Source: Selaginella moellendorffii (lineage: Eukaryota > Plantae > Lycopodiophyta). Taken from it: 64,000 nucleotides of DNA. The stretch covers positions 2,487,544 through 2,551,543 of the forward strand of contig NW_003314269.1 of assembly GCF_000143415.4 (NCBI RefSeq), written 5' to 3'. Numbering within the stretch: position 1 is the stretch's first letter; each line of letters opens with the position of its first letter. Positions 47,218-57,936 of this stretch are shown piece after piece. The position numbers and the translations under genes were made by a program. Under the pieces are notes generated by a model. It did no database searches. It saw only the letters and a list, made by a program, of their open reading frames with translations, and had not been told where the DNA came from.

Positions 47218-49248
47218 TTAAGTCGAGGCTCTTCGACGACGACTTTCAGCTGCGAAGATGTTAGCCAGAGAGATATATGGTGCCGAGTTCTCAGGGTCCA
47301 GCTCAACGACGCGCTCGGCTATATTTGATCCGGCAGACGCACCACCGTAAGCTGACCACACTCCCAGCAAGGCTCCCAAAGTTGTGCCATCGGGAAGGTA
47401 TGGCATCCCTTGGAGTAGCTCCTGCGCATGCTTCAGCTGCCCAGCACGGCCGAGAACGTTGATCATGCAGCAGTAGTGCTCGGCAGACGGATTTAATCCG
47501 TAGTCCTGGTTCATGAAGCCGAAGTACTGCAAGCTTTCCTTGAAGAGGCCACCGTGACTACAGGCACTCAAAAGACCCGTGACCGTGATCTCATCGGGGC
47601 TGAGTCCGTCGAGACCCATCAGTTGGAAGAGCTCGACGGCAAGCTTACCATGGCCAGAATGGGCATAAGCAGCTATCATGGCTGTCCAGGACACAACGTT
47701 TTGTTTTGGGAGGCAGTCGAAGATCCTCCTGGCTTTGATCAGATGTCCTGCTTGGGCGTACGCGGCCACAAGCACAGTCCAGGCAACTATATCCCGCTCG
47801 GGCATCTTCTCAAAGGTGGCCCTTGCTTCGAGGAGCTGGTTGTTCTGGGCATAAGACTCCATTATCACGTTCCAGGACACCATGTCGGGCTGCGGCATTC
47901 CATCAAACAGGACCTTGGCCTCGTCCGGATAACCGTGGTTGGCATAAGCAGAGATCATGGTGTTCCAGGCTACTCCATCACGTACCGGCATTCTTTCAAA
48001 CATCTCTCGGGCCTCGTCCAGTTTTCCAGACTGAGCGTACGCAGTTATCATGTTGGTCCAGGCAACCAGGTTCCTCTCCGGCATAGTGTCGAAGGTTTCT
48101 TTGGCATCGCGAAGATGGCGGGCTTGTGCACAGCAGGTTATCATCGTCGACCACGCGACTACGTCGAGCTCGGGCATGCCGTCGAAGATCTGCTTCGCCG
48201 ACCTCACGTCGGCTTCCTGCCCGTAGGCAGTGATCAGAGCAGTCCAGGACGCGAGGTTTCGCTCGGGCATCCTGTCAAAGAGCTGCTTTGCCTCGGCTAA
48301 GTTGGCCTTTTGGACGTGGACTTGGATCATGGAGTTCCAGGAAACGATGTTCCGGTGCTTCATGCTGTCGAAGATGCTCTTGGCGGCCTCCAAGTTCCCG
48401 TGCTGGGCGTAACCGGTAAGCATCGCATTCCAGGATTGAGTTTCTTGTTCGGGAATCTCGTCAAAGATTAACTTTGCCTGTTCGATGCTCCCGCAGTGAA
48501 CGTTGGCGGTGATGATGTTGATCCACGAGACGAAGTCGCGCTCGGGCATTCGGTGGAAGAGCTGGTTGGCCTCTTGGAGGTTCCCGCTGCGGGAGTAGAC
48601 TTGGATCATCGCGTTCCAGGAAGCGATGTTCCTGCCAGGCATGGAATCGAAGAGTTTTTTCGCTGAGGGAACTTGGCCTTTGTCGGAATAAACGGTGATG
48701 ATCGCAGTCCAGGAAACTACGTCTCTCTCCGGCATGCTTTGGAATATCTCCTGGGCTTTTTCCAGATGCCCGTTCTGGGCATATCCTGTTATCATCGCGT
48801 TCCATGTAACAAGGTTCCACTCGGGTATCTTTTGGAAAAGAATCTCTGCTTCTTGGATTCGACCGTGCTGGGAGTATGCCGCGAGGAGCCCATTCCAGGC
48901 GACGTGGTTGCGCTCGGGCATCTTGTCAAAAACCCGTTTGGCATCGTCCAGATGCCCTCTTTGGGCATATGCCGTGAGGAGGATAGTCCACGAGAAAACG
49001 TTTGGGCGGTTGATGGCATCAAAGACCGCGCGTGCCTCGTCAATCCTGCCAAACTTTCCATAGACTTGGATCGTGAGATTGGCAAGGTAGAGATTCTGGC
49101 GATGCTCGCTCTCCAAGATCCGAGCCCGGATGCCTGATGCCTCCCGAAAGTCGCCGCTTGATCGGAGAAGCGCTGCAAAGTAGTCGGATCCATCGTCAGG
49201 AAGGGCTCGCAGTGGAGGCAGCACAGCCACATTGCTGCTGGGATTCAT
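47218..49248 (-). CDS. PLS-class PPR protein with truncated E domain (organellar RNA-editing factor type)
   Basis: Long run of 31-aa SW(T/N)AMI...G..EA..LFD.MPERN motifs, then LLSACSHGG, HYCCMINVLGRAG and ELDPENSAPY; no DYW domain. Confidence 0.95.
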   Translation of the reverse strand: MNPSSNVAVLPPLRALPDDGSDYFAALLRSSGDFREASGIRARILESEHRQNLYLANLTIQVYGKFGRIDEARAVFDAINRPNVFSWTILLTAYAQRGHLDDAKRVFDKMPERNHVAWNGLLAAYSQHGRIQEAEILFQKIPEWNLVTWNAMITGYAQNGHLEKAQEIFQSMPERDVVSWTAIITVYSDKGQVPSAKKLFDSMPGRNIASWNAMIQVYSRSGNLQEANQLFHRMPERDFVSWINIITANVHCGSIEQAKLIFDEIPEQETQSWNAMLTGYAQHGNLEAAKSIFDSMKHRNIVSWNSMIQVHVQKANLAEAKQLFDRMPERNLASWTALITAYGQEADVRSAKQIFDGMPELDVVAWSTMITCCAQARHLRDAKETFDTMPERNLVAWTNMITAYAQSGKLDEAREMFERMPVRDGVAWNTMISAYANHGYPDEAKVLFDGMPQPDMVSWNVIMESYAQNNQLLEARATFEKMPERDIVAWTVLVAAYAQAGHLIKARRIFDCLPKQNVVSWTAMIAAYAHSGHGKLAVELFQLMGLDGLSPDEITVTGLLSACSHGGLFKESLQYFGFMNQDYGLNPSAEHYCCMINVLGRAGQLKHAQELLQGMPYLPDGTTLGALLGVWSAYGGASAGSNIAERVVELDPENSAPYISLANIFAAESRRRRAST

Positions 49249-49270
49249 GCGACCATTGCGCTCTAAATCT

Positions 49271-49312
49271 TTTAGGGTTTATGTTCTGTTCTGGGTTTTA
49301 GGGTTAGGGTTT
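49271..49312. promoter_or_regulatory. Telo-box cluster in the divergent PPR / MFS promoter
   Basis: TTTAGGGTTT and TTTAGGGTTAGGGTTT within a ~300-bp head-to-head interval. Confidence 0.6.
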
Positions 49313-49553
49313 ATGGGCAACTCTATATTAGGGCTGATGGGAGGTGGACACGTGTCCTGCCAGGATTTCGGACCGCCGCAGCCACGACATGAGCAGCAAA
49401 CAGCGGCAGGGTTTTCCTCTATTCCATTCTGTTTGGTGTCAGACTAATCATCGCGAGTCGCCCACCAGTGCCATCCAGGTGGGTGTCCTTGAAATCCCCC
49501 TGCCAGATGCTACTGCTCTCGTGGGTCGATCGGCGGAGAAGCGAGCAACAAGA

Positions 49554-51723
49554 ATGGCGTCGATCTCTTCCGGGCCCTCGTCGCAGCTGACGATCAAATG
49601 GCTGGGCCTGGCAGCGTCGATTTGGATCCAGGCATTTGCCGGCAACGCCTACACCTTCTCGCATTTCTCGCCGCGGCTCAAGGCGGTGCTCCACTACTCG
49701 CAGATTGAGCTCAACAATCTGGGCGTGGCCAAGGACATCGGCGAGAATGTGGGGCTCATCACTGGCTATCTCTCCAACAAGCTCCCTGCATGGCTCATCC
49801 TCTTCATTGGGGGGCTGGAGGCGTTCCTCGGATATGGCGTTCTTTGGCTCGTCGTCAGCGAAAGGATCGCTCCACTTCCATACTGGCAAGTAAGTTTTTC
49901 CTGACATCTAGAGATAAGTTTTGCGTTGCAAGTTCTCTTTCATTCTCGGATTTCTTTCTCATTTCCTGGCAAAGCACGAGGTAAAAAAAACAAATTTTTT
50001 TTTCAAGTGCTAGTTTCATTTTCTAGATTTTGCGTTTCGCTTATAGAGTTAGTCAACGAAAGAGTGGCTGAAAGAGTGGAAAAGCTTGCAAACTATTTTG
50101 GGTTTCTGAGCTTGAAAGTCCTTCCTTTTTCTTTTCTTCTAATATTCATATTTTGCAGATGTGTCTAGCTATTTGCATCGGTGCCAACAGTGCCACATTC
50201 TTCAACACCGCGGTTCTCGTCACAACCATGCGGAACTTCCCCCAGAGCCGAGGTACTGTTGTGGGAATCCTCAAAGGCTTCGTTGGTCTCAGTGGTGCCA
50301 TTTTCACCCAGCTCTACACGTCCTTCCTCTTTAAGAACCCGGTCTCGTTGTTGCTGCTTCTTTCCACCAGTCCTTTCGCCGTGTCCGTGGCTTGCATGGG
50401 TTTCGTTCGTCCAGTTCCCGACGCCACCCGTGAACCCGAAGAGAAACGAAACTTTTTCCTCGTTCATGTTATTTGCGTGTCCCTCGCGCTCTACCTTCTC
50501 GTCGCCACTTTTGTCCAGGACTTTCTCCCGAGTAATCCAATCGTCTCCGGAGTTATAGCCACTGTCATGCTCTTGTTCCTCTTTGCTCCGGTTTTCGTCG
50601 CTCTCAAGTTCTTTATCCTCGGGTTGTTTAAGAGAACTGAGGAACCACCATCGAGACGTAACTTGGAAAAAGAAGACGGCGGCGTGAGCGAGCCCCTCGT
50701 GCGCGAGGAAACCGTCCAGTTCCAAATAGGATCCACCGAAGAAGAACTCGGGCAATCTGACGAGGAGGACGCGAGAACTCTGCCAACTTTCCGGCACGAC
50801 GATAGCTACATCGAGCGGACCGAGGAGGAGCTCTCCTGGGACGATCGAAAGAAATTCCCGCCGGGGATGAGCACCAGCGACAGCGCGACGAGTCTGAGTG
50901 AAGCCGAGATAGAAAACGATACGGACGTGCTGATGGCCGTGGGAGAAGGCGCTGTGCCGAGGAAGAGAAAGCCGAGGCGTGGAGAGGACTTCAACTTGAG
51001 GCAGTCGCTGCTCAAGGCGGACTTCTGGCTGCTCTTTTTCACGTTCTTCTGTGGAGTCGGGTCGGGTGTGACGGCCATCAACAATCTGGGACAGATCGGC
51101 CAGGCGCAGGGATTCACCGACGTGACGATCTTCGTCACACTCCTGGGGATATGGAACTTCCTGGGCCGGCTTGGAGGCGGAGCAATCTCGGAGAAATACG
51201 TCCGGTAAGATCTCAGCTCGTAGAAGTTCTATAGCGCCAATGGTCACTGACCAGCATTCTTTGCAGGAAGGCTGTTCCTCGGACTCTCTGGCTGGCCGGA
51301 GCCCAGTGCCTGATGGCAGTCGCGCACCTCTTGTTTGCATGGGCCGGCACGAGCTCGCTTCACGTCGGCTCCATCTTGCTGGGCTTTTGCTACGGCGTCC
51401 ACTTCTCGGTCATGGTTCCCACCGCGTCGGAGCTCTTCGGCCTCAAGCACTTTGGCAAGATCTACAACTTCCTCACCATGGGCGACCCGGTGGGATCGCT
51501 GCTCTTCTCGGGGGTCATCGCCGGCTACCTCTACGACATGGAGGCGCGAGACGGGCCGCAGGCCGACCAGTGCATTGGAGCTCACTGCTTCCGGCTCACG
51601 TTCTTGATCATGGCTGGAGTGTGCCTCGTCGGGTCCGCCGCCAGCGTCTACGTGAGCGTCAGGATCAAGCCCGTGTATCAATCTTTGTACAAGTCTGGCC
51701 GCGCGGTCAGGGACTTGCATTGA
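49554..51723 (+). CDS. Nodulin-like / MFS transporter (NFD4-like), 3 exons
   Basis: WLGLAASIWIQAFAGNAYTF, LGVAKDIGENVG, RNFPQSRGTVVGILKGFVGLSGAIFTQ, INNLGQIG, SELFGLKHFG and C.GAHCF motifs. Confidence 0.95.
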
Positions 51724-52769
51724 GGAAGACAATGATTGTGTGATACAAGAGCTTCCTTCCCGATCTCCCAGTGATTCACGAGGATTCAAAGATACTCATA
51801 CTTGCTTCCATAGCCACAACTCGTGCATTTCTCTGCTTCCGAGTCAACGCAACGGCTTCACTAGGTCTTGGAGAATTTGGAGCCGAGCAGGATGAGGATT
51901 CGGACGAGATCGTTTTTTTCCACACCCAGCAAGTTCCTCCAGCGAACTGTAATCTCGGTAAGTTGATGGCTAGAAGATAGCTCACCTTCAAATTTTGCTA
52001 TAAAATATTATGGAGTGGTTAATATAAACAAATTCAAAGATGTGTGGCATTCATGCATAAATTAAGATCAAAGTTTGACCTCAATAACAAACGATTTCTA
52101 CTCTAAGAACATTAGTGGGCTTTTAAGCTTATTAATCTTTTTGAATAAACAAGAGCAGAAAGGTATCTTTTCCATGGCAACTTCAAAGCAGCGTCTATAA
52201 ATTATGGGAATATGCTAGATATAAAGGTGGAAATTAAAAGATATTTAATAAAACTCCCTTTACCCAAAACTTTAAACACCCTCAGGAATTGAATCTTGAG
52301 GATGTGGATGATGAAGAGATGCTAGATCTCACATTTGAGGAGGTTTCTGAGTGCCAAGAACACAAGGAGGCCTTGATGGAAGTTCAAATTAAGAAATGAG
52401 CTAAATCCTCCAAAATGTGGACAATGTGCATGTTATGCTTGAAGAGGATTCTCAAGAGCAGCTAGATGCAATGGAGGCAGACATTGATTTTGCTTTTGAG
52501 CTTGAATAAGATCTTCAGGCTAAAGAAGATAGGTATAAAAACGAAATAATAATGTTGTGGAAGAATAAATTTGGAGAGCTTTAGATTTGGTGGTATTTTA
52601 AATTTCAAAATCGAATCACCATAGTAATATTTTTTTACTGATCAAATTAATGATCAAATCAACACAATTAAAATGACATAAAAACAAGATCAACACAAAA
52701 CTTTCCATGTTTAGTCTTAAAAGGACCACTTTGGATGATGTTCACATAATTTTTAATTGGTTCTGAAAT

Positions 52770-52870
52770 CAGGAAGCAGTCTGGGCATGTATCAAAACCT
52801 AGCAGTTCCGGACCTGTTCTTTCCCAGATGTGCTGGTGCAGAGAAGCCTGCCAAGGGGTGCTCCAATGGA
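52770..52870 (-). pseudogene. Degenerate fragment of the neighbouring F-box last exon
   Basis: CAGTTCC.GACC..TCTTTCCCAGATGTGCT.GGTG...CAAGGG..TCTCCA resembles 53655-53730. Confidence 0.6.
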
Positions 52871-52996
52871 ACAAATAAGAAAGCTTCACCAAGGACATTC
52901 CACCTTTCTCCATTGATCCTGCAGCCCTGCTGGTCTTGACGAGTTTTATGAGAAGCACCTGGATCGCTTCGTATCCAAGCTGTAACTTGCTCCGAG

Positions 52997-53171
52997 CAAT
53001 TGACTGCTGAGGATTTGGCTAAGCTGGTTGGCTTCGACCAGCAGATTGACGTTTATCTATTCAAGTTTCGTTCTTCTCACTTCCTGCGATTTAGGCTGAA
53101 GGTCCCGTGTATACCACGGAGGATTGGTTGTCGTGTCAAATCTAAAAAGCCTCTACTAATCGTTGTGTAAC
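52997..53171 (+). pseudogene. Inverted partial copy of the JmjC gene (exon-intron-exon)
   Basis: CAATTGACTG..GAGGATTTGGCTAAGCTGGTTGGCTTCGACC, CGTTCTTCTCACTTC and AGGCTGAAGGTCCCGTGTAT...GGAGGATTGG match the minus strand of about 61286-61494. Confidence 0.88.
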
Positions 53172-53357
53172 ATCCATTCCAGATGTTTGTGACTTCGTCT
53201 AACTGCTCTATGAATAATGCTTCTCGTTGATTTTTAAATCTAAATGGCTTTGTAATTTCATGCATAGTCTGGTGTTAGTTAACACCAAGACTGGTGTTGT
53301 CTTCTGCTTCCTTCTGCTGCTCAGTGATTCATGTTGATTCATAGATGCTCATGATAG

Positions 53358-54855
53358 CTACTGCCAGCCGCATGGTATGTGCGAATGCGACTCATGCATC
53401 CCTCTGCACCAGTGATCGATTGCAGCGTAGGGAGCTTCCGAGTCAACACTTTCCTGCCAAGATCGCCACAGCATGCCGCAGTCGCTCCGGGGCACCCACT
53501 GCAGGGGCTGCAGCTTGACACGTCCTGGGTGCTCTCTCGCAAACTCCTCGAGCAGCGCAGGAATCTGTGGACTAGCATCTTTGTTAGTCCAGTAGACACA
53601 CTTTAGCTCGACCTTTGTGCCGCTGCTTCTCTCCACCAGCCCACGGACGAACTCCAGTTCCAGACCGTTTCTTTCCCAGATGTGCTTGGTGTGGACGAAC
53701 TCGACTCTAACTGTCAAGGGTTTCTCCATGCTGCTCCAGTTTGCAACGTATAGTTGCTGCATTTAGTCACACACACCGTGAGGCATTGGAACAAAAAGCA
53801 AAAGCTTCACCTTGATACTTATGAAAGAGACAATGAACTCCTCAAGGCCCTGGAACGGCTCCAGCAGGGCCACAAGATCAATAGAGCAGGGTGGAATGCC
53901 ATCGTCAAAGATGCAGAAATAGAACTTCTTCAGGCTCAACGTTCTACACAAAGCTACCTTGTCCATTACTTGGGCAGGGCTGCTAAACGGGTTGAGGAAG
54001 ATGATCTTTTTGAGCCTGGAGTAGCGCAGCCCCTGGATATGCCGCATGCTCTCTCTCACCCGGATCCACTCTACGTTGCATGTAGTGGGCTGCAGTTGGA
54101 TGCGCGGAACGACAAAGAACATCCACCGGAGCTTTGGTGTGTCAAGTGCAAGCGTAAAGTTGTCGCGTCCATCACCCTCGCAGAATTCCGACTGGCAGCT
54201 GTCAAGGCTGCGGCTTTTGAGCACGTAGGTACCTATAAAGTCACATATTTGAGAATGCAAGCTGACAACAAAAAATGCCCAAACTGGGGAAATCGGGTTA
54301 GCTTTACATACCGGGCGAGCTCACCACTATCGTACCCATCCGCACTGCAAGAAGGGAGGGGCAGATCTCGAGCAGCTGCTGCAGCACAGTCACGTTGATC
54401 GGTCTGTGAAAACTGAGGAAGAGGAGATTGGGCAGCAGCGGTGAAGGCAAGGTTGCATTGCCGAGCGTGGAGCCGAGTTGTGTGACGTGGACGTGGAGAC
54501 AGCGGAGCTCCTGACACGCCGAGATATTGGACCAGAAGTCCTCGAACTTGTGCTGCGGACCTCCGTAGATGGTGACTGAGTGGAGCCCTTTCCCGATCTG
54601 GTGCAGCCAGCGAGTGCAACTTTGCTGGAACCGAATGGATAACTGGCGAAGATCGTTGTGGCCAAACCAGCGGATGAGCCCCTGCTCCACATCACGACTG
54701 CTCGACTCCAAGGAGTAGTGCGTGACGAGCCTTGCCAGCTGCGCCCACCTCTTGCTTACCAGAGACGAGGGATTCAAGTCGCGCGACCAGGCGAGGAGAG
54801 ACATGATCCGAATGAGCACCTCGTCTGGAAGATCGTCAAGGCACTGCCTCCGCAT
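53358..54855 (-). CDS. F-box protein with LRR-like C-terminus, 3 exons
   Basis: N-terminal F-box LDDLPDEVLIRIMSLL...SLVSKRW; GT-AG splicing joins ORFs 54304-, 53763- and 53358- in frame. Confidence 0.8.
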
Positions 54856-55082
54856 CGTAACTCCAAAAGCTAGACCGAACTTTTCGATGTTTGCATAGCG
54901 TAGAAACCGTGGAGAGGAGAGTACTTGAACACGACACCAGCGGATATATCGTGCTGGCTGGAGCCCAGTGCCTGATGATACGCACCTCGGCCCAGCCCAG
55001 CAAGACCGTCTATGCCCGGCTACCATGGCTGGAACGACGTCGATTCTCATTTCGAGCAAAAAAGTTTACAAAACACGAATCA

Positions 55083-56435
55083 TCAGTAGATGAGCCATTC
55101 CGGGTCCACGTAAGGCGCGCTGTCGCCACCACCCCCGCCGAGTCCGCCGCCACCACCATTCCTACCATTGCCGCCACCACCATTCCCACCATTGCCGCCA
55201 CCACCGTTGCCATTGCGCGCACCGTTGCTACTATTTCCGCCGCCCGCGCCGTTGTTTGGTCCGTCCGCCCCGCCAGCACCGTTGGGTCCGTCCACACCGT
55301 CGGCTCCGCGATTGCTGGGTCCGTTCCCACCGCCCGGTTCGCCGTTGCCCACGCCAGGTGACCAAGAATCGGTTTCCTGATAAGAAAACAAGAATTTCCA
55401 GTGACATTACAGAGAAAGAACAACTAACCGACACAGGAGATCCCCACGACGGCGGAGGCGCGTCCCTCAAAGACATCTGTGAATCTTGCCCGGATGTGAC
55501 CGACGATGGCGAGGGCGTGTCCCAGGACGACATTGGTGATCCAGCAGCTTGCCCAGCTTGCTCGGAGGTGGCCGAGGACGACGACGAAGAAATGTCCCAG
55601 TCCCACGACGACATTGGGGATCCACCTTGCCCGGAGGTGGCCGACGACGATGAAGACGCGTCCCAGTCCCACGTAGACATCGGGGATCCAGCTTGTTCGG
55701 CGGTGGCCGACGACGGCGAGGGCATGTCCCGAGCAGCAGGAGGTGCGCCACCGTCAGCAGCAGGAGGAGCGCCAGGACCGTGAGCAGCAGGAGGAGCGCC
55801 TCCGTGAGCAGCAAGAGGAGTGCCACCGTTAGCAGCAGGAGGAGCGCCACCGTCAGCAGCAGGACCGTGAGCAGCAGGAGGAGCGCCACCGTTAGCAGCA
55901 AGAGGAGCGCCTCCGTGAGCAGCAGGAGGAGCGCCTCCGTGAGCAGCAGGAGGAGCGCCACCGTTAGCAGCAGGAGGAGCGCCACCGTGAGCCGCAGGAG
56001 GAGCGCCACCGTGAGCAGCAAGAGGAGCGCCACCATCCATGTTCTCGTTGTCAGCTCCTGCAGCTTGTTGGGCAATGATCAGGGTCTGGCTACGCCAGAT
56101 CCTCTGGTCTTGGCCTGTCCCCAGGATCACACTGTGCTCGGACTGCTCCACATCTGAAATGCAAAGAGGATCTCTGAGAAAGGAAGAAGAAACAAAGACA
56201 TTTTAAAACAAACGAGTGAAGCTTGTTTCCCATCCACGACCACGAGATCCGAAGTTCCTAACAGAGAAAGAACAAACGAAAGGACGGAAGAGCCGAGCGA
56301 AAGCCATAGCCAAGCGAAGAAAACCAGAAGGAAAGAGATCCGGGAGAGAAAAAACGAAGAGAATGATGTATACCTTTTATACTTAGAATACAATAATGAG
56401 TATAAACCCCCGCAGCTGTGAATATCTTGATTCAT
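55083..56435 (-). CDS. Orphan low-complexity repeat protein (GGAPPAA, SPMSSWD and Gly/Asn repeats), putative 4 exons
   Basis: GT-AG introns at 56258-56373, 56154-56213 and 55377-55428 keep one open frame from ATG 56435 to the stop at 55083. An internal ATG at about 56040 is an alternative start. Confidence 0.6.
55731..56037. repeat. 24-bp coding minisatellite
   Basis: GAGCAGCAGGAGGAGCGCCACCGT-type units encode (H/N/D)GGAP(P/L)AA. Confidence 0.95.
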
Positions 56436-56550
56436 TATTATCCTTCGAGCAAGAAGTTTCTAGGGGCACAGAAATCCTAACCGTAATAACAGCGATTGTG
56501 CCTTTTTTCGATCACCGTGCCAAGCGAACAATTTGACGAGGGTCGTGATT

Positions 56551-57142
56551 GCATCGAAACAAATTCTAGCAGCTCCTTCACCTTGATTGATCGACGCAGA
56601 ACGGGCAGGAAATCTGACCTTGCAACCGTCCATTTTACATAGTCAAATGTATGTCGAGCCTCGCAGAAACAAACAGATTTCTAACAAAGGGTGACCGATA
56701 AATCGTTTGAAATTTGGTCTTGATTGAGAATATAAAAAGCTCAAGAAATTTGTAATAACCATTTGACGTTGACACTAAAAGTAATGATGTTCTCCACCTC
56801 TCATTATTCTATCAGCAACTCACGTCTTCTTTTAGATGTTTAACTATTTTCCGTACTTTTATACCTGTGCTCGACCTAGCCCGGGAATCCGCATCGAAAC
56901 AAATTTGCTCCTTCACGTTAATGATAGACGCAGAACGGGCAAGAAATCTGACCCTGTGACTCCATTATATTCCCATTTTGTCAATAGCTTTACAAAGGGT
57001 GACCGATAAATCGTTTGAACTTTGGTCTTGAGAATATCATTCGTTCATTCACAGCCCAAGAAGGTCAAAACAAAGGGTGAGTCCACCTCTCACGATTATT
57101 CTTCCAAATTATCAACAACTCACGTCCTCTTTTTATGTTTAA
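56551..57142. repeat. Degenerate tandem repeat with 340-bp spacing (56551 and 56891)
   Basis: Shared blocks GCATCGAAACAAATT, GACGCAGAACGGGCA.GAAATCTGACC, ACAAAGGGTGACCGATAAATCGTTTGAA and TCCACCTCTCA...CAACTCACGTC. Confidence 0.85.
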
Positions 57143-57436
57143 GCACTTGGGGAAACTTCACTGATTTTCGCGAGCCACTGGATGACTCTTCTCATAGCCC
57201 AGCCTGGCATCCAGCATCAGAATTTCACCCACTTTTCTCCTCATCCGCAATTGCGCAGCGCCAACCGCCAAGAAGCCATGGACAAGGTGCTTATGAGATC
57301 GTCAAGAGGACTGTGGAGGTGAGGTGGGTTTGTTCCCAAAGCTCTTATTGGGTATAATCCTTGAACCAAGCACAAGCTTGGATATTTGCTCAATATTCCT
57401 GGTGGTCATAGCGGTGAGAACAACCCAGGATGCCCC

Positions 57437-57476
57437 CTAGTGGCAAGATTACTCGCCAGCCAGGCCCTCTTCCTGG
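57437..57476 (+). repeat. Perfect 40-bp inverted copy of glyoxalase coding sequence 57807-57846
   Basis: CTAGTGGCAAGATTACTCGCCAGCCAGGCCCTCTTCCTGG is the exact reverse complement of 57807-57846. Confidence 0.97.
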
Positions 57477-57641
57477 GATGGTTCGTCCTTTCCATGGCTT
57501 ATGCTGTGGGGTTGATCACATTGATTATGGCTTTGTAAAAAGCATTTGCAATAATGTATACAAACCATTTTTGGCTGGATCTCATATTTAATTTTTTTAA
57601 AGCGATTAGGCACTAATATATTTGAAAATTGCAGTTCTAGT

Positions 57642-57899
57642 TCATTCGAGTTCCTTGAGAAAGTCCTTGTTATCAACGAAGACCTGAAGGAGAAAGGAAA
57701 GGGAACAAAATAGTCGTGTGAGATGGATCGAGAAACAATGCATTAGGAAAAGCTTACAGTCTTCCAGCCATCCGGATCGAGGCAAGCTGTGATTTTCGTG
57801 CTGATGCCAGGAAGAGGGCCTGGCTGGCGAGTAATCTTGCCACTAGAAACTTTGACTGCTTCAGCAGTTTTATAGACATCATCCGTGCCAATAGCAATC

Positions 57900-57936
<37 letters not shown>

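Noticed and set aside
50165-51789. 391-aa and 181-aa minus-strand ORFs
   Set aside because: Antisense shadows of the nodulin-like MFS gene.
53266-53292. Hairpin AGTCTGGTGTTA-GT-TAACACCAAGACT as a Helitron 3' end
   Set aside because: No CTRR terminus at the expected distance on either strand.
53754-54398. 214-aa plus-strand ORF
   Set aside because: Antisense to the F-box exons, no ATG start and no motif.
55731-56037. 24-bp repeat array as a CRISPR
   Set aside because: No unique spacers or cas genes; it is an in-frame coding minisatellite in a eukaryote.
57393-57427. CCTGGTGGTCATAGCGGTGAG resembling a bacterial 5S rRNA 5' end
   Set aside because: The similarity ends after about 25 nt; no CCGAAC loop or closing helix.
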